From contig CAVRJY010000001.1 in the NCBI GenBank assembly GCA_963721805.1, forward strand, positions 544,001 through 608,000: a DNA stretch of 64,000 nucleotides, given 5' to 3'. The translations under genes were made by a program, and so were the position numbers. The first letter of the stretch is position 1. Each line of letters starts with the position of its first letter. The notes beneath the pieces were generated by a model that was not told where the DNA came from, ran no database searches, and worked only from the letters and a program-made list of their open reading frames with translations. Positions 61,159-64,000 of this stretch are shown in pieces. The stretch comes from Nitrospirota bacterium. Its GTDB lineage: Bacteria > Nitrospirota > Thermodesulfovibrionia > Thermodesulfovibrionales > JdFR-86.

Positions 61159-62496
61159 ATGAACCGGCTCATACGATTGCTGAGTTCGCGGAAGCTCGCG
61201 GTGGTGCTGCTGGCCGTGATGGTGGCTGCGCTGCTGGGCTCGACTTATTTCCCCAACAAGTTCACGATTTCATCCCCGGCGGGGTGGGAACAGCTCAAGG
61301 CCGATAAACCCTACCTCTACGAGCTTTCAAAATACCTGTCCACCGACGAGCTGGTAAAGAGCTGGCCGTTTATAGGGCTCTCCGCGTTCCTGTTCCTCTC
61401 GACGCTCACCTGCACCGTGCTGCGCATCCTGCAGTGGATGAGGCTCAGGAAGACTGAATTTGAGAAGGAGAAGGCGTTTTCGTTCTCAAAGGAAGTCAGC
61501 TCTGACATGCCGGTGGACGAGGCGCGGCGCACGGTGCTTGGCCGCCTGTCTGAAAAGGGCTGGCAGTATGCCGAGGACGGCGGCGGGGTGCAGGCCCAGC
61601 AGGGCATCGCGCTTGGATTCCTCGGGTCCATATTGTTTCACGTCGGGCTCATTTGCGTATTCCTTGCCGCGCCCATAACGGCGCTGACGTCCATTACCGC
61701 CTCTGTAGTCCTCACGGACGGGATAACGGAGCAGTCGCTGCGCGATGTGGCCGACGGCGCGGGAGCGCGCCAGCTGCCCGACGTACAGATCACGGCAAGC
61801 GGGCTCTGGGGCAAGTATTATGAAGGCTTCTATAACGTGGACTTCGGGGGCACGCTCAAGATCGGCGACTGGGAAGGCCCGGTGCTGGTCAATAAGCCGG
61901 CATATTACGATGGATTTCAGTTCGCGCTGACGCAGTACGGATATTCCCCGTGCGTTAACGCAGAGTCCGGGGACGAAACGCTGATGCACGCGTGCTTCAA
62001 GCTCGACTACGATAAAGGCATGATGGAGCCTGCCGGCGTCCTAGGGCCGGGCATGTCGATGTACCTGATGTTTTTCCCTGACTTTGACCGCGAGGGGGGC
62101 AATCTCATGAGCAGGGGCAATGAGGCCAAAAACCCGGTGCTCCTCATCAAGCTTTACCGTGACGGAAAGGCGCTCCATAAAGGGTTCCTGCTTAAGCCCG
62201 GCGAGGAGGGCGAGTTTGAGGGTATGAGGTTCAGTTTCCCCGAGCTCCGCAACTGGGGCGGTTTCATGGTCACAAAGGAGTTCGGGATGGTCGTAGTCCT
62301 GATAGGCTCGCTCTTCGGCATCCCCGGGCTTCTGGTGAGGTTCCTGAGCAACGAGCGCAGGATAGAGTTTGAGTTCAGAGAGGCCGGAGGCGGCAGCAAG
62401 GTGCTCATCAGGGGCTATTCGCGATACTATCCGGCGTTTCTCGAAAAGGAAGTCATCGAGACCGCCGAGCTGTTTGACCGGGAAAGGAATAAATAG
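61159..62496 (+). CDS. ResB/Ccs1-like cytochrome c maturation protein
   Basis: LLSSRKLAVVLL, STLTCT, GSILFHVG, VNKP motifs; adjacent to ccsA. Confidence 0.8.
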   Translation: MNRLIRLLSSRKLAVVLLAVMVAALLGSTYFPNKFTISSPAGWEQLKADKPYLYELSKYLSTDELVKSWPFIGLSAFLFLSTLTCTVLRILQWMRLRKTEFEKEKAFSFSKEVSSDMPVDEARRTVLGRLSEKGWQYAEDGGGVQAQQGIALGFLGSILFHVGLICVFLAAPITALTSITASVVLTDGITEQSLRDVADGAGARQLPDVQITASGLWGKYYEGFYNVDFGGTLKIGDWEGPVLVNKPAYYDGFQFALTQYGYSPCVNAESGDETLMHACFKLDYDKGMMEPAGVLGPGMSMYLMFFPDFDREGGNLMSRGNEAKNPVLLIKLYRDGKALHKGFLLKPGEEGEFEGMRFSFPELRNWGGFMVTKEFGMVVVLIGSLFGIPGLLVRFLSNERRIEFEFREAGGGSKVLIRGYSRYYPAFLEKEVIETAELFDRERNK

Positions 62497-62498
62497 CG

Positions 62499-63311
62499 AT
62501 GGGTACATATGAGGCCGTGTTCGTATGGGTTTCCATCTCGATATACGGCGCCGGCTTTCTGCTGTATCTCTCCGGCCTGGTATTCAAGAAGGAAAAGCAC
62601 CAGAGGTGGGGCTATGCGGCATCGCTGCTGGGTTTCGGGTTTCATACCGCGGCGATAGCCGCGCGCTGGATAGTGACCGGCCACCCGCCGGTGATGGCAA
62701 CGTACGAAAACGCCCTTATGGGCACTTGGGTCATGATGCTCACCTATATAATCATGTCGAGGGTGTTTCCGCCGGCCAAGGCCTTCGGGGTGGCGGTGCT
62801 CCCGCTTGCGCTGTTGATACTCGGCAACGGGGTGCAGACCGGCGGCGTGCTGAGGCCGCTTGAGCCCCCGTACAGGAGTCCCTGGCTGTATATACACGTG
62901 CTGTTTGCGTGGTTCGCGTTCGGCTCTTTCGTGACCGCGTTCGCCACAGGGGGGATGTATCTGCTGAAGACCCGCTCAAGCAAGGGCGTCCTGAGCCGCC
63001 TGCCCGAGCTAAAGGTGCTTGACGAACTCTCGCTGAGGCTCATACTATTCGGATTTTTCGCTATGGCCGTCACGATAGTATGCGGGGCGATATGGGCTCG
63101 CAGCCTCTGGGGCAGATACTGGGGGTGGGACCCGGTCGAGACCTGGTCGCTGATATCATGGCTGATATACGGCCTGAACCTGCATCTGCGCATAACGATG
63201 GGCTGGCGCGGCAAGCGCGCAGCGTGGCTCGCGATCGTATCGCTGGTCGGAGTAGGATGCCTGTTTTTCGGGGTTGGTTTCGTCTCGAACCTCCATACCG
63301 GGATTTTTTGA
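62499..63311 (+). CDS. ccsA: System II heme lyase CcsA/ResC
   Basis: WLYIHV; GAIWARSLWGRYWGWDPVETWS (WWD domain); C-terminal LH. Confidence 0.95.
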   Translation: MGTYEAVFVWVSISIYGAGFLLYLSGLVFKKEKHQRWGYAASLLGFGFHTAAIAARWIVTGHPPVMATYENALMGTWVMMLTYIIMSRVFPPAKAFGVAVLPLALLILGNGVQTGGVLRPLEPPYRSPWLYIHVLFAWFAFGSFVTAFATGGMYLLKTRSSKGVLSRLPELKVLDELSLRLILFGFFAMAVTIVCGAIWARSLWGRYWGWDPVETWSLISWLIYGLNLHLRITMGWRGKRAAWLAIVSLVGVGCLFFGVGFVSNLHTGIF

Positions 63312-63508
63312 ACCGTCCGCGCCCCGGGGGTTGCGCTTCAAGGACCGCGGCAAGGTCTGATATCTCGACCGGGGGCTGTGGCAAATCACACATCATGGGC
63401 TATATAGCCCATCTGTTTAGCGGATTTATAGTGACATAAAATGACAATATGAATATTGCATGAAGGAATTGTCTTTTAAATAGAGCGTATTTCTCTCTGC
63501 CATGATCA

Positions 63509-63524
63509 TGGCACGCCTATTGCA
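63509..63524 (+). promoter_or_regulatory. Sigma54 (-24/-12) promoter
   Basis: TGGCACG-CCTA-TTGCA, canonical spacing. Confidence 0.88.
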
Positions 63525-63575
63525 CTCGTTTATGCGGTTAAGGTTCTAAATCCAGATGGAAAGGAGGTGAAAACT

Positions 63576-64000
63576 ATGAAAAAGACAATAATTTTAGCCC
63601 TTGCGATTAGCATGGTCATCGCTGGCGTTGCTATGGCGTCGGTTGTAAGCTCCAAGCACGACATGCGTTACATCGCCCTTCCTGGGACCGCCCTGGCCAA
63701 CAGGATCACTGCAGGACCTACTGAGATGACCTCACAGGTCTGCGTGTTCTGTCACCATCCTCACCGCGGCGCGACCTCAAACGGCGTGACCAACACCCTG
63801 CTGTGGAACATCAATGCGGCGGCTCACAACTATCCGGTCTATGCGAATACCGCTACGCTGGATTACGCAACGCATGCCGATGGCTACACTGTAGGCACGG
63901 ACACTGGCGAGGATGCAAGGTACACCCTGCTTTGCCTGGGTTGTCATGACGGTACGACCGCAGTTGCTTCCAACTCGTTCATCCGCACGGCAGCTGACGG
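63576..64000 (+). CDS. OmcE-like secreted multiheme cytochrome c (3'-truncated; absent from the ORF track)
   Basis: AAGGAGGTGA RBS; hand translation MKKTIILALAISMVIAGVAMA|SVVSSKHDM...QVCVFCHHPH...LLWN...LLCLGCHDG, open to the window end. Confidence 0.85.
   Translation, partial: MKKTIILALAISMVIAGVAMASVVSSKHDMRYIALPGTALANRITAGPTEMTSQVCVFCHHPHRGATSNGVTNTLLWNINAAAHNYPVYANTATLDYATHADGYTVGTDTGEDARYTLLCLGCHDGTTAVASNSFIRTAAD

Overview
GC-rich bacterial chromosomal segment from a diderm anaerobe. Nitrospirota/Thermodesulfovibrionia-like or Desulfobacterota-like origin is an inference from gene style and is not proven. The housekeeping backbone is atpAGDC, glyQS, selB, tolQRAB-pal-cpoB, moaC-mobA-tatA-alr-mlaEFD, a partial type II secretion cluster, pfk, rfbACDB, folK, dapL, hisH, ftsY and nagZ. 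Embedded in it is a likely extracellular-electron-transfer toolkit with three parts. (1) A tetraheme cytochrome/4Fe-4S/NrfD quinol-oxidoreductase module with an adjacent Crp/Fnr regulator. (2) A GEMM-I riboswitch carrying A at the ligand-discriminating position 20 (the 3',3'-cGAMP signature), with an overlapping terminator, upstream of two tandem octaheme cytochrome paralogs. (3) At the right edge, a ResB/CcsA pair followed by a sigma54-driven, OmcE-like cytochrome that the ORF track missed. Other notable items: a 1775-aa secreted modular metallopeptidase/adhesin behind a perfect class II CRP site, about 11 apparently leaderless genes, a one-base frameshift fusing two T2SS genes, and an AT-rich orphan gene next to a palindrome cluster. 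No rRNA, tRNA, CRISPR array or transposase was recognised.
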